Assembly: GCF_963921235.1 (NCBI RefSeq) | Contig: NC_086108.1 | Coordinates: 99,016,001 to 99,080,000 of the forward strand | Reading direction: 5' to 3' | Length of the DNA stretch: 64,000 nucleotides | DNA from: Mobula hypostoma | Taxonomy: Eukaryota | Shown: positions 10,971 through 23,139 of the stretch, in pieces | Layout: every line of letters begins with the position of its first letter | Numbering within the stretch: the stretch's first letter is position 1 | Notes under the pieces: model-generated | Database searches by the model: none | Seen by the model: the letters and a program-made list of their open reading frames with translations, nothing else | What the model was told of the DNA's origin: nothing | Made by a program: the position numbers and the translations under genes

Positions 10971-11193
10971 CAACATACATCAAAGTTGCTGGTGAACGCA
11001 GCAGGCCAAGCAGCATCTCTAGGAAGAGGTACAGTCGACGTTTCAGGCTTAGACCCTTCGTTAGTCCTGACAAAGGGTCTCAGCCTGAAACGTCGACTGT
11101 ACCTCTTCCTAGAGATGCTGCCTGGCCTGCTGCATCCACCAGCAACTTTGATGTGTGTTGCTTGAATTTCCAGCATCTGCAGAATTCCTGTCA
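10971..11193 (+). mobile_element. Penelope-like fold-back insertion (copy 4)
   Basis: TSD TAGGGTAGAGTTA (10956-10968 / 11195-11207); arms join within the hammerhead at ~11060. Confidence 0.85.
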
Positions 11194-11544
11194 TTAGGGT
11201 AGAGTTAATTGTGTTTGCTGGGGTGGTGTGGCTTAAAGGGTTGGAGTTTGAAATAAGGGAACTTATTGATAGGTTCGAGGCAGTATGTCTATGGATAGGT
11301 TCATTAGATAGATATTTTATTGAACCCAAAAGGAAATTACAATGTCACAGTAGCGTTACAAGTGCACAGATATACAAATATACAAATATTAGAAGAGAAG
11401 TAAGAAATAATAAAAGATAAGTTATCTCAAGCAGTCTTATAGGAGTGGGTCGTCACCTCCCTGGCTATAGGTTGACCCATTATAGATCCTCATAGTCAAG
11501 GGTAGGAATGACCTCACATAGCACTCTTTGGAGCAACACTCCTC

Positions 11545-12215
11545 ATCGGGGGTTCAGAGGAGGAGAGGGTCAGCAACCTTAATTTCTTCGGTGTTATCTT
11601 TTCAGAAGATCTATTCTGGTTCCAGCATTTAAGTTCCATTACTAAGAAGACATGGCAGCACCTCTACTTTCTTAGACATTTGTGAAGATTTATATGCCAT
11701 CTAAAACTTTGACAAACTTCTATAGAAGTGCGGTGGAGGGTATAATGACTAGTTGTATCACGGAAACACTAATGTACGTGAATGGAAAATCCTACACAAA
11801 ATTGTGGTCGGGGTAAAGCCCTGTCCAGCATTAAGCGCATCTACATTCTGTTACAGGAAAGCAGCATCCATCATCAGAGACCCCCACCATCCATCAGAAA
11901 CAAATACAGGACTCTCAGAGCTCACACCACCAGGTTCAGGAACAGTTATTACCCTCAACCATCAGGCTCTTGAACTAGTGGGAATAGATTCACTCAACCT
12001 CACTCAACCCAACACTCAACTGTTCCACAACCCATGGACTCTCTTTCAAGGACTCTTCATCTCATGTTCTTGATATTTATTGTTTATTTATTTATTATTA
12101 TTATTTTGCTTGCTTTTTTGTTTCTTTATATTTACTGTGAGAAAATGTATCTCAGGGTTGTATATGGTGACATATAAGTACTTCGATAATAAATTTATTT
12201 TGGACTTTGAACTTT
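11545..12215 (+). mobile_element. Rex1/Babar LINE 3' fragment
   Basis: KTLTNFYRSAVEG, CYRKAASIIRDPHHP, RAHTTRFRNSYYP motifs; GACTTTGAACTTTGA tail. Confidence 0.8.
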
Positions 12216-12592
12216 GATTTTCCCATCCATGCCCTATCCTTGCAATCATAATTAAAGCTACATTCTGTAGTGCAAAGGATGGTTGTTCCACCCCGGTGTC
12301 CTTGTGTGCTGTATCTCTCTCTATAACTCAAGGATCAATTAGTTTGTTTCAGATTGGATGTTGTATCTCATACTTTACTGCTCCGCATGAGTCACAGATC
12401 TATATAGAGCACAGAACATTACAGCACAGTACCTGCCTTTTGATCCACAATGTTTTAACCTACTCTACGATCAATCTAACCTCTCTCTTCCACATAGCCC
12501 TCCATTTTTTCTTTCATCTATGTGCCTATCTAAGAGTTTCTTAAATGTCAAAGTTCAAGTAAATTTATAATCAAAGTACATATGTGTCATCT

Positions 12593-12890
12593 TACACAAA
12601 ATGCTGGAGGAACTCAGCAGGCCAGGCAGCATCTATGGAAGGAAGACTTAAGCTTCTTCACGCATCCCTGGGAGAGACTTTGCAGAGTAGTAATCAAATC
12701 ACAAACAAGGGAAAATCTGCCGATGCCCGAAATCAGGGCAACACAGGCAAAATGCTGAAGGAACTCAGCAAGCCAGGCAGCATCTGTGGAAACCAACTTT
12801 AAGGGTTTCGGCCTGAAATGTCGACTGTACTTTTTTTCCATAGATGCTGCCTGACCTGCTGAGTTCCTCCAGCATTTTGTGTGTGTTGCT
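12593..12890. mobile_element. Older Penelope-like 3' fragments including a fold-back
   Basis: CAAAATGCTGGAGGAACTCAGCAGGCCAGGCAGCATC and its reverse complement; partial hammerhead AAGGGTTTCGGCCTGAAATGTCGACT. Confidence 0.75.
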
Positions 12891-13709
12891 CATTTTATTC
12901 AGTGCTTTTATCCTCAGTTTTTTTCTTTAAATTTGTAGAATATCTACATACAGCAGGAGGCCATTTGTTCCAATGTATCCGTCCTGGTTGTATAAAGGAG
13001 CCTAATTCTACCTTCCAGTGCAGCCGATCATGGCTTCTGAAGTACACACCCAGGAATTATTCAAATATGGTGATGGTTTCTGCCTCAACCCCTCTTCCAA
13101 CCAGTGATTTCCACATCACCCCTCTCTGAGTGAAAAATATTTCCTTCTTTGTGCCCCTCTCAATATTACTAATTACCCTTACACATCTGGAGAAGAAGGA
13201 TGCTTATGTGAGAATGCTGTTCTTGGACTACCGTTCAACATTCAACACCATAGTTCCATCCAGGCTCGACAAGAAGCTCAGAGATCTCGGCCTTGACCCT
13301 GTTTTCAAAATTCAAAATTCAACAGTGATTCAATTTGCTCTCTCTCCTAACCCCATCTATCCATCTGCAATCCATACTCGAGACCCAAGAGACAGCAAGT
13401 GCTGGAATCTGGAGCAGAAAACAAACTGCTGGAGGAACGCAGCAAGTCAGGCAGCATATGTGGAGGGAGTTAGATAGTAGACATTTTGCATCAAGACCCT
13501 TTATCTGGACTGACAAAGCCCAAAACGTCAACTGTTCATTTTTCTCCACAGCCACTGAGATCCCCCAGCAGTGTGTTTCCTGTCCAAATTCCTTGTTACC
13601 TGAACCCTGTAAACATCTATGAATCTCAGTTTGTTATTGTCCCATTTTCTAACCTGCTTCCCTAGAAATGGAGGTAGATTCTTACTTTTCACACTGTTTT
13701 CACTTCCTT

Positions 13710-14116
13710 ACTGTCCATTACATCGTTGGCATTTCAGGCAGCAATGACAGTCCTCCATCTCTGGTGGTGTTCAGGCTTCCTTCATCATATCAGTAGCTTC
13801 CTCTTGGTTTTTGCTACTGTCAGTCATGCAAGTCCTTGTTGGTGGAGATTCATAAATACCATCACATTCTTCATTGCTGCTTCCGTAACAATTTTGTATT
13901 ACAGTACCAGTCAGGGTTGTTAGCCCTGAGTTGAGACCCCAACCCTGGAGGAGCGGTGGACCACTACCGGTCTGACCTCTACCCTTTGACCTGTTTGGCA
14001 ATGATGATCCTACCAAGAGCCAAAGCATAAAGCCCCAACTCCAGCCAACACGGCTCTCTTGGTCACTGAGGCACACAAGACTCCAAAACGTGACAAGGCT
14101 GTGGTCCTCTTAGAGA
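13710..14116 (-). mobile_element. Non-autonomous RTE derivative (5' UTR fused to 3' end)
   Basis: Minus strand starts GAGGACCACAGCCTTGTC (BovB/RTE-like 5' UTR)...GGTCAAAGGGTAGAGG...GGGCTAACAACCC and ends with RWRTVIAA-type coding tail. Confidence 0.65.
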
Positions 14117-14597
14117 GATCAGTGTTTATGTAAAGAGCTATTTTAGATTTCATTTCTGATTGGCCAGACTCTAATTTTAAAATGAGTCCTCCTTCTGCTG
14201 ACCTCCACTCCAGTGGAATTGATCTCTGTGCATTGATCCCAAGTCTGGAGATCTCTGAGAAATCTCTGGGTCACGGAGCAGAATCGATGGGCCAGATAGC
14301 CTAATTCTGCTCCAATGTTTTATGGTCTAATGGTAATTACTGCGACTGTTATTTCCACACTTGTTCCAAAGTGTACCGAAGGAAAGAAATCCTCTCTCAG
14401 GTTCCTGAACCAGTGTGGATAACTTCACTCACCTCAACACAGAATTGACTCCACAACCTATCAACTCCTCTCAAGGACTCTTCACAACTCAACGTTCCCA
14501 GTGTTACTTTTTTACTTATTTTTATTCACACAGTTGTCTCCTTTTGCATATTGATTGTTTATCTCTTTTTGTGTGTGTATAATTTTCATAGTTTTGA

Positions 14598-14913
14598 TTG
14601 ATCATGTGGATAGTTAAGGCTGAAATGGCTAGCACCAGAGGGCACAGTTTTAAGGTGCTTGGAAGTAGGTACAGAGGAAATGTCGGGGTAAGTTTTTTTA
14701 CGCAGAGAGCGGTGAGTGTGTGGAATGGGCTGCCGGCGACGGTGGTGGAGGCGAATACGATAGGGTCTTTTACGAGACTCCTGGACAGGTACATGGAGCT
14801 CAGAAAATTAGAGGGCTATGGGTAAGCCTAGGTAATTTCTAAGGTAAGGACATGTTTGGCACAGCTTTCTGTGCCGAACGGCCTGTATTGTGCTGTAGGT
14901 TTTCTATGTTTCT
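14598..14913 (+). mobile_element. Young CR1 3' fragment inserted in a Rex1 3' UTR (14395-15020)
   Basis: TRGHSFKVLGSRYRGNV..FFTQRAVSVWNGLP; TTCTATGTTTCT tail. Confidence 0.85.
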
Positions 14914-15076
14914 AAATTCTATTCCATTTCTTTATTTTACTGTAAATGCCTGCAAGAAAATGAATCTCAAGATAGTATAAGGTGATATATGTACTTTGAT
15001 GATAAATGTACTTGGACTTTGATCATCAGGTTCTGAACATTTATCTCATTATTTTCTCCAAAAGTATTATTTATTT

Positions 15077-15318
15077 ACTGCCCATTACGCCGCAGGTGTT
15101 TACGGCAGCAATGAAGCTCCTTTATTTCTGGTGGTGTTCGAGCCTTCCTTCGTCGTCTCAGTAGCTTCCTCTTGGATTTCACTACTGCCGGTCATGCAAG
15201 TCAAGGTAGGAGACTCAGGAATACCGGCGCACATAGATGTTTTTGTAACAATTTCATAACAATTTTGTTTCACCAGTCAGAGTTGTTAGCCCTGAGCTGA
15301 ACCCCCAGACCTGAAGGA
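15077..15318 (-). mobile_element. Second, 5'-truncated copy of the RTE derivative at 13710-14116
   Basis: Collinear similarity (CTGGTGGTGTTC..CAGTAGCTTCCTCTTGG..GTCATGCAAGTC..GTTGTTAGCCCTGAG). Confidence 0.7.
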
Positions 15319-16029
15319 TATTTATGTCCTTTAACTCAACTAATTCTTCTGGATGTACATTCATTTTCACCGAAAACTGATGCCAAGGTCTATATTCAGC
15401 AAGAGTCACAGTGCCTTATTATCCTCAGAAACTATTCTGTGCTAAATATACCTGTAATATTTTTTTACTGTAGTGCCTGGTGTCCGTGAAGCTGCAAAGG
15501 TAAGGGAGGGGATGGGGAATAAAGTTATTATACACTTTGGCATTTCTTGATCTCAGTGCAGCTGTCTAATTTCTGCCTGATAACTCAATGTTCCTTCAGG
15601 ATAAATGGGAAGATTTTTTTCACCCGTAACGATATTTCACTTGTATTACCGTTCCTCCTATTGGACAATGTTGAGGCAGTTGCACAGGGAACTACAATTA
15701 CCTCTATAAATAGCAAGGTTACACTCGCTAACGACAAGAATTAGAGTTTAATCTAATGGATTTTGAAAGATAGCCGGATTTAGGGTTGGATAAGAGTTTC
15801 AGCGAGCTTACTGTATATACACCAGAAGAGGTCTTAGTTCTCTGCTCTCAAAATACTTCACAGCTCTAACCATCTTAGAGGCCAGCAATAAAAGCATATG
15901 GCTAGCCGCATTAACTACACTTATGCACAGAGAAATGGCTTTACAGAGTGATAAAAAGTGCCAAAACCGATTTTCTTGAAGGAGGATGGTCCACCCGTTC
16001 TGTTCTCTATTTCAGCGAGGACTGAGAGT

Positions 16030-16340
16030 GTCACAGTAACACAGCAGTCAGCATAATCACTTTACACTGTCAGCGATTACCGATCCAGGTTTGATTCCCG
16101 GAATTATCTCTGAGGTGTTTGTGCATCCTCCCCATAACCGTTCTAGTTTCCCCCCACATTCCAATGACGTACAGGTTAGGATTAGGGAGTTGTGGGCATA
16201 CGATGTCAGCACCTGAAGCACGGTGACTCTTCTGGGCCATTCCCAGATCAATCCTCGCTCATTTGATTTGATGCAAATGACATATTTCACTGTATGTTTC
16301 AATGTTTTGATGTACCCGTGACAAGTGAAGCTAATCTTAA
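16030..16340 (+). mobile_element. V-SINE-like SINE
   Basis: B-box-like GGTTTGATTCCC, CCCACATTCCAATGACGTACAGGTTAG core, CATATTTCACTGTATGTTTCAATGT tail. Confidence 0.65.
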
Positions 16341-16509
16341 ATCCCCTTACATTTGTCAATCTGGATTAAGAATTTAAGATGTCACAGTAGGCGAATGAAT
16401 GGAATCAGATTCCCACAGTCAAATGTCTAATTCACGCAGTCACTCAGTTTTGTTCCTCACTCACTGTTATTCTCACCCGCTTTTCTTCATTTGTACTTCA
16501 CTTACACAA

Positions 16510-17770
16510 AAATGATTTGGGGATTGAAAGGCTTGTCATATGTGCTTGAGAGGTCTAGGCCTCTACTCACTGGAACTCAGAAGAGTGAGGGGGTGACCGC
16601 ATTGAAACTACTGAATGTTGAAATGCCTCAGTGGAGTGGATGTGGAGTGGATGTTCCCTAAGGTGGGGCAGTCTAAGACCAGAGACCAGATGGAGTTTAA
16701 TACGGACAAGTGTGAGGTATTGCACGTTGGAAGGACAAACCAAGGTAGAACATACAGGGTTAATGGTAAGGCACTGAGGAGTGCAGTAGAACAGAAGGAT
16801 CTGGGAATACAGATACAAAATTCCCTAAAAGTGGCGTCACAGGTAGATAGGGTCATAAAGAGAGCTTTTGGAACATTGGCCTTTATTAATCAAAGTATTG
16901 AGTATAAGAGCTGGAATGTTATAATGAGGTTATTGGTGAGGCCGAATCTGGAGTATTGTGTTCAGTTTTGGTCACCAAATTACAAGAAGGATATAAATAA
17001 GGTTGAAAGAGTGCAGAGAAGGTTTACAAGGATGTTGCCAGGACTTGAGAAACTCAGTTACAGAGAAAGGTTGAATAGGTTAGGACTTTATTCCCTGGAG
17101 CGTAGAAGAATGAGGGGAGATTTGATAGAGGTATATAAAATTATGATGGGTATAGATAGAGTGAATGCAAGCAGGCTTTTTCCACTGAGGCAAGGGGAGA
17201 AAAAAAACCAGAGGACATGGGTTAAGGGTGAGGGGGGAAAAGTTTAAAGGGAACATTAGGGGGGCTTCTTCACACAGACAGTGGTGGGAGTATGGAATGA
17301 GCTGCCAGATGAGGTGGTAAATGCAGGTTCTTTTTTAACATTTAAGAATAAATTGGACAGATACATGGATGGGAGGTGTATGGAGGGATATGGTCCGTGT
17401 GCAGGTCAGTGGGACTAGGCAGAAAATGGTTCGGCACAGCCAAGAAGGGCCAAAAGGCCTGTTTCTGTGTTGTAGTTTCTATGGTTCTATGGTTCTATGG
17501 ACACAGCCTCAGAATTGGAGAAGAAGAGGAATTTCTGTAGCCAGATGGTGGTGAATCTGTGGAATTCATTGCCACAGTCGGCTGTGGAGGCCAAGTCACT
17601 GGGTATATTTAAGGCAGAGGTTGATAGATTCTTGATTAGTCAGGGTATGAAGTGATACAGGGAGAAGGCAAGAGACTGGAGCCGAGAGGGAAATGGATCA
17701 ACCATGATGAAATGGCGTAGCAGACTCGATGGGCCAAATGGCCTAATTCTACTCCTGTATTTTATGGTTT
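16510..17770 (+). mobile_element. CR1 fragment containing a second, younger CR1 (about 16687-17499)
   Basis: ORF 16615-17247 is CR1 ORF2 C-terminal (QMEFNTDKCEVLH, LEYCVQFWSP, RRRMRGDLIEVYKIM); (TTCTATGG)n tail ends ~17500, then host resumes ACACAGCCTCAGAAT. Confidence 0.9.
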
Positions 17771-17779
17771 TCTGTTCCC

Positions 17780-18140
17780 TTGACTCACTCATTCACTTCC
17801 ACTCGACCTCACTCACCTAGTCACCTCCTTTTCTCTTATTTCCCACTCATTCTAACTCCACACCTTGCTCCTTTACTCAGTCATCCACTCAATCTCGCAC
17901 ACTCTTTCACAAACCTTCACTCCCATTTCTCAGTTATTTTGACCATTCACACACTGATTCACATTCCTGCCACTATCAACCTTTACTCTCACTCACGATC
18001 TCACTCTTCCTCCCTCATACTTTTACTCGTTCACATGTGCCTCACTAACTTACTTATTCACTCTCTCGCTCCACTCATAAACTCACCAATTTACTCTCAC
18101 TGCTCATTCACTCAATCTCTTTATCTTCTCTCTCACTGGA
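17780..18140. repeat. Degenerate (CACT/CTCA)n low-complexity tract
   Basis: Repeated CACTCA/ACTCAC words, strong G depletion. Confidence 0.7.
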
Positions 18141-18184
18141 TCTGCCATTTTTTTGCTTTTCTGCAGCGATAAAAACTGTCGCTT

Positions 18185-18400
18185 AGCAACACACACAAAA
18201 TGCTGCAGGAACTCAGCGTGTCAGGCAGCATCTATGGAGAGGAGTAAGGAGCCGACATTTTGGGCCGAGACCCTTCACAGGACTCGACCTGAAGCGTTGA
18301 CTGTTTACTCCCCCCTCCCATAGATGCTGACTGACTTGCTGAGTTCCTCCAGTATTTTGTGTATATTGCTCAGATTTCCAGTATCAGTGGAATCCTGTGT
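18185..18400 (+). mobile_element. Older Penelope-like fold-back
   Basis: AGCAACACACACAAAATGCTG...GGGCCGAGACCCTTCACAGGAC followed by its approximate reverse complement and a CCAGTATCAGTGGAATCC tail. Confidence 0.75.
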
Positions 18401-18413
18401 CTATAGTTTCATT

Positions 18414-18717
18414 GTGGCCAAGTGGTTAAGGCATTGGACTAGCGACCTGATGGTCATGAGTTCGAGCCCCAGCTGAGGCAATGTATTTTGTGTCCTTGAG
18501 CAAGGCACTTAATCACACGTTGTTCTGCGATGACACTGGTGCCAAGCTGTATGGTTCCTAATGCCCTTCCCTTGGACAACATTGGTGTCGTGGAGAGGGG
18601 AGACTTGCAGCATGGGCAACTGCTGGTCTTCCATACAACCTTGCCCAGGCCTGCGCCCTGGAGAGTGAAGACTTTCCAGGTGCAGATCCATGGTCTTGCA
18701 AGACTAACGGAGCCTTA
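18414..18717 (+). mobile_element. Full-length tRNA-derived CORE-SINE
   Basis: A box TGGCCAAGTGG, B box GTTCGAGCC, CORE-like GTGTCCTTGAGCAAGGCACTTAA; TSD AGTTTCATTGTG (18405-18416 / 18718-18729). Confidence 0.8.
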
Positions 18718-19119
18718 AGTTTCATTGTGTCAATTCTTTAAACTTCTAGTCAGCTCTGTGGTAGAGAATCTGCTCCCAAAGGGAAGTGGTGCTTTCTGCG
18801 AGTGCAGAAAGAAAACCTACACTATAGGAAGTGGAAGACTCTGATGTTCCACGGTCTTCAGTTGAAGGACTGTGCTATAAGACCCTTGAATATGGAAAAC
18901 AATAGATCAGTAATTAGCATTTACCTCACTCCTCCGTTAGCAGTTGTGCCTTCAACTGTCCGGGACCAGTGCTCTGCAAACTCTTCCCTAAGCCATCTCT
19001 CCTTTTTTACGATACTCATGAAAATCTATGACCAAGCTTGTAATTTGTCTCAACATGTGGCTCACTGACCAATTCTGTTTGATAGATTGTTTCACGATGG
19101 GGCTTGGGGTGCTCTACCG

Positions 19120-19250
19120 TGATATCATCATAATCCTTATGCACTGTGTCGTATGACATTGGTGAGCATGGTCTTGAGCCATGACTCTTCTTAGTACATT
19201 CTTCTACGGAAGTGGCTTGCCATTGCCTTCTTCTGGGCAGTGTCTTTACA
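19120..19250 (-). mobile_element. RTE/BovB-tailed SINE fragment
   Basis: Minus strand AGAAGAAGGCAATGGCAAGCCACTTCCGTAG resembles Bov-A/Sauria-type tails. Confidence 0.55.
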
Positions 19251-19469
19251 AGTCTGAGAGGCATAGTTAGGGTAGACAGACATAATCAGTTTCCCAGGGT
19301 AGAAATGTGTAATACTGGAGTATGTACATTTAAAGTGAGGGGGGGAGAAAGTTTAAAGGAGATGTGTGGGACAAGTTATTTTACTCAGGGAAAGGTTGGT
19401 GTATGGAATGGACTACCAGGGATGGCGGTGGAAGCAAATTCAAAAGTGAAGCTTAAAAAGCTTTTAGAT

Positions 19470-19549
19470 CAGGGGTTCCAAACATTTCTTTTTCCATGGA
19501 GCCTTATCATTAACTGAGAGGTCTGTGGACCCCAGGTTGGGAACACCTG
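19470..19549. mobile_element. 80-bp hAT MITE inside a CR1 3' fragment (19251-19610)
   Basis: CAGGGGTTCCAAAC...GTTGGGAACACCTG; TSD TTTTAGAT/CTTTAGAT. Confidence 0.8.
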
Positions 19550-19734
19550 CTTTAGATAGACAAAGAAGGTGAAGGAAATAGCCGGATATGGATCATGTAC
19601 AGGCAGAAAGACCCCTTTCTGCGTTGCACAGTACTACACTCTGAAGATGCCAGATGTTGTGCAGAGCCATTTTTACACCGACTGGATGGAGACGTGTGCT
19701 GGGTGAGGGCTGGAACATGGAAGTGAGTTGGACA

Positions 19735-21890
19735 GTCTGAATCACAATCAGGGGCACATGTTATAAAATTTGTTTTTTTGTGACAGCATACAGAGCAATA
19801 CATAATTTAAAAAATATATACAGATAAGTAGTGCAAAAGGAGAGCAAAAAGTAGTGAGGAAGTGTAATGCAGTGGTCCCCAACCACCGGGCCGCAAGGAA
19901 ACGATATGATTTGGCGATATGAGTCAGCTGCACCTTTCCTCATTCCCTGTCACGCCCACTGTTGAGCTTCAACGCACGCGAGGTCATTACCCGCGCGTCA
20001 TCCATGTCAGCGCGGGAGGAAGATCAACTCCTCAAGGTTGCAAATGATGGTGGGCTGAAAAGTACGTTTGACATAACATCTCTGCTGACATTCTGGATCA
20101 AAGTCAAGGCTAAATATCCTGAGATAGCCACGAAAGTACTGAAAACGTTGCTTCCATTTTCAACATATCTCTGCAATGAATGCAACGAAAACTAAATCGC
20201 GGAATAGACTGGACATAAGGAACCCCCTTCGAGTATCGCTGTCTCCCATCACCCCTTGATAGGACCGTCTTGTTGCAGGAAAACAATCCCAGGGCTCCCA
20301 CTGATTCAGCGATATTGGTGTGTTTCAATGATTTTATATGTTCATACAGGGAAAATATGTGCTGTGTGTTTAATATCCAAATAGTACTTAAAATGTTATG
20401 ATGCTATTGACTTATATAACCATATAACAATTACAGCACGGAAACAGGCCACCCTTGTCCTTCTAGCCCGTGCTGAACGCTACTCTCACCTAGTCCCACC
20501 GACCTGCACTCAGCCCATAACCCTCCATTCCTTTCCTGTCCAATTTTTCTTTAAATGATAATATCGAACCTGCCTCTACAACTTCTACTGGAAGTTCGTT
20601 TAACACTTACTTCAAGCTCCCCCGTCCTCCCTTGCTAATTGACTTATCACTATATTCATGCGAGGAAAATATGCGCTGTGTGTTAAATATTAAATTCGTT
20701 AGATAAACCCTTTTAGAAACGAAATTGAGTGTATTAGCCACTTATCACTGATATTCTGGTCGTGATTACCCCCCCGAACAGAATCGCCAAAAACGATATG
20801 TAGAAAAAAATCGGCACGTAAACGTATGCGCAAATTACACATGCGCACTTGTGCCCGCTCAATACTTCATGGTCATGGTAGTTTTTCCTGGGGTAAACAC
20901 AACATATTTGACTGCTACTCTTGTCTGTTGGCAACCCTAGATCCCCCACACCCCCCACCGGTCGGCCGGTCCGCAAGAATATTGTCAATATTAAACCAGT
21001 CCGCTGTGCAAAAAAGGTTGGGGACCTCTGGTGTAATGGGTTCATTGTCTGTTCAGAAATCTGATGGCAGAGGGGAAAGAAACTGTTTCTAAAATGTTGA
21101 GTGTGTGTCTTCAGGCTCCTGATCCAACTTCCTTGATGGAAGCATTGGGAAGAGGGTGTATGACGGGGGATGGGGATCCTTACTGCTGAATGCCACCTTT
21201 TTGAGGATTCACCTTTTGATGATGTCCTCAGTGCTACTGAGGCTAGTGTCCATGCTGGAGCTGGTTGAATTTACAACTTTCTGCAGCAATGGCCCTCTAT
21301 ACCAGACAGTGCTGCAACCAGTTAGAATGCTCTCCACAGTACATCAGTAGAAATTTGTTAATCTTTGGTGACGTACCAATTCTGCTCAAACTCCTGATGA
21401 AGTATAGCCTTTGTCATGCATTCTTTGTGATTGCATCTATACGTTGGGCCCAGGATAGATCTTCTGAGATACTGAGCCCCAGGAACTTGAAACTGCTGAT
21501 CCCTTGACGAGGACTGGTGTGTCTTTCATCAACATCCCTTTCCTGAAGCCCATAATTAATTCTTGGTCAAACTGACATTACAAAGTTGTTGTTGGGACAC
21601 CAATCAATCAGCTGATACATCTCATTCCTGTACGCCTCCTTGTCACCTTCTGAAATTCTGCCAACAATAGTTGTGTCATGGATAAATTTATAGATGGCAT
21701 TTGAGCTGTGCCTGCCCACAGTCGTGGGTGTAGAGGGAGTAGAGCAGTGGGCTAGGGATGTATCCCTGAGGATGCCAGTGTTGATTGTTAGTGAGGAAGT
21801 GATGTTATTTCTGATCAGCATTAGCTGTGGTCTCCAAATGAGGAAATGAAGGATTTAGATGCAGAGGGAGGTACAGAGGCCCAGAGTTTG
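19735..21890 (-). mobile_element. Rex1/Babar LINE 3' half, interrupted by a hAT element
   Basis: SSLTINTG, NAIYKFIHDTTIVGRIS (degenerate FADD), WCPNNN motifs on minus strand; GATTGTGATTC tail at ~19740. Confidence 0.8.
19870..21030 (+). mobile_element. Non-autonomous hAT/Charlie transposon
   Basis: TIRs CAGTGGTCCCCAACC / GGTTGGGGACCTCTG; perfect 8-bp TSD GTGTAATG (19862-19869 / 21031-21038); C-terminal dimerisation remnant FWIKVKAKYPEIATKVLKTLLPFSTYLC. Confidence 0.9.
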
Positions 21891-21894
21891 GAGC

Positions 21895-22980
21895 TTGTTG
21901 ATATCTTGTTAGCAGATGTACAGTCTCAGGAGAACAAGATAGAGGATCTAAGGGCAAGATTGCTGTATTGTAGGGAAATGATGAATTGCTGTGTTCCGTG
22001 CTTCATGGAGATATGGCTCACCTCAGACATGCTGGATATGTTGGTCACAGCTGAGGGTTTCTTAATACACCAGATGGACCAGATTGAAGGGGGAAAAAGT
22101 GGGGGTCTGTGTTTTATGATAAACTCTTCCTGGTGCTCAGATGTTGCGGCCTTGTCGCATTCTTGCCATCCTGAAGAGGAGTCTGGGCGCTGAAGGTTTG
22201 TTAATTTCCATGGATACTGCCTGACCTACAGTGTTCCTCCAGCATTTTGTATGTGTTACTTTGCACTTCCAGCACTTGCTTATTTTCTTGTGTTTATGGT
22301 TTGGCGCAGTCTTATTCCCCTGACCTCTAATGGTTAGGTGCCATCTGTTCTACTTACCCAGAGAGTTCTCTTCAATAATCTTGTCTGCACTTTAGATAAT
22401 GCCAAAGGTCAATGCTAAGCAAACACTCGATGCATTGAGTGCAATAATTAGCAATCAAGAAACAGCCCACCCTGACGCCTTTCAAATCATTGCTCGGGAT
22501 TTCAATCAAGCTTTCTCGAAGAAATCTCTGCCCAGTTATCATTAACATTATTGCCTGCAGCACCTGGAGTCCCAGTACGCTTGGCCACTGCTATGCTAAT
22601 ATAAAGAATGCTTACTCTTCCCTCCCTAGACCACACTTTGAGAAAACTGATCACTTTGCTGTTCTCCTCCTACATGCAGCCAGAGGCTTCAGAAGTGAGG
22701 ACAATGAAGAGGTGTTCATGGAGGCTGAGGAGCGGCTACGGGATTGCTTCAAGTTGGCGGACCGAGTCGTGTCCAAAGACTCATCAGAGGATCTGAACTA
22801 ATATGCCACGGTCGTCACGGACTTTATAAAGTCAGTCCTGGAAAGGTGTGTCGCCAAAAAACCATTTAGAGTCTTCCCCAAATGGAAGCCCTGGATGAAC
22901 CAAGAGATCCGCAGTCTTCTGAGGACCACAGCAGTGGCGGTCATGTCTGGTGACCAAGTAAAATACAAATAGTTGAGGTC
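21895..22980 (+). mobile_element. Rex1/Babar APE endonuclease region, decayed
   Basis: ILLADVQSQENKIEDL, CFMEIWL, GGLCFMINSSWC, TLGHCYANIKNAY..LPRPHFEKTDH, FPKWKPWMN motifs. Confidence 0.8.
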
Positions 22981-23139
22981 TTCTTCAGTTGTCCTTCAAA
23001 ATCCGATGACGACGTCCACTCCTTTAACGGTGAGATCTTTGACGACTGTACAGTCCTATCCTGGACCCACAAGCTCTATTGCAGGTGGGACATGTATATG
23101 TGGTAGTGGTGGCAATCTTTTCCTTCCCCTCAAAGTCAG

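Noticed and set aside
17780..18172. His/Ser/Leu-rich 130-aa ORF
   Set aside because: Product of a degenerate CACT-type low-complexity tract.
18414..18480. tRNA gene
   Set aside because: A and B boxes are present but continue into a SINE body with a TSD; no acceptor stem.
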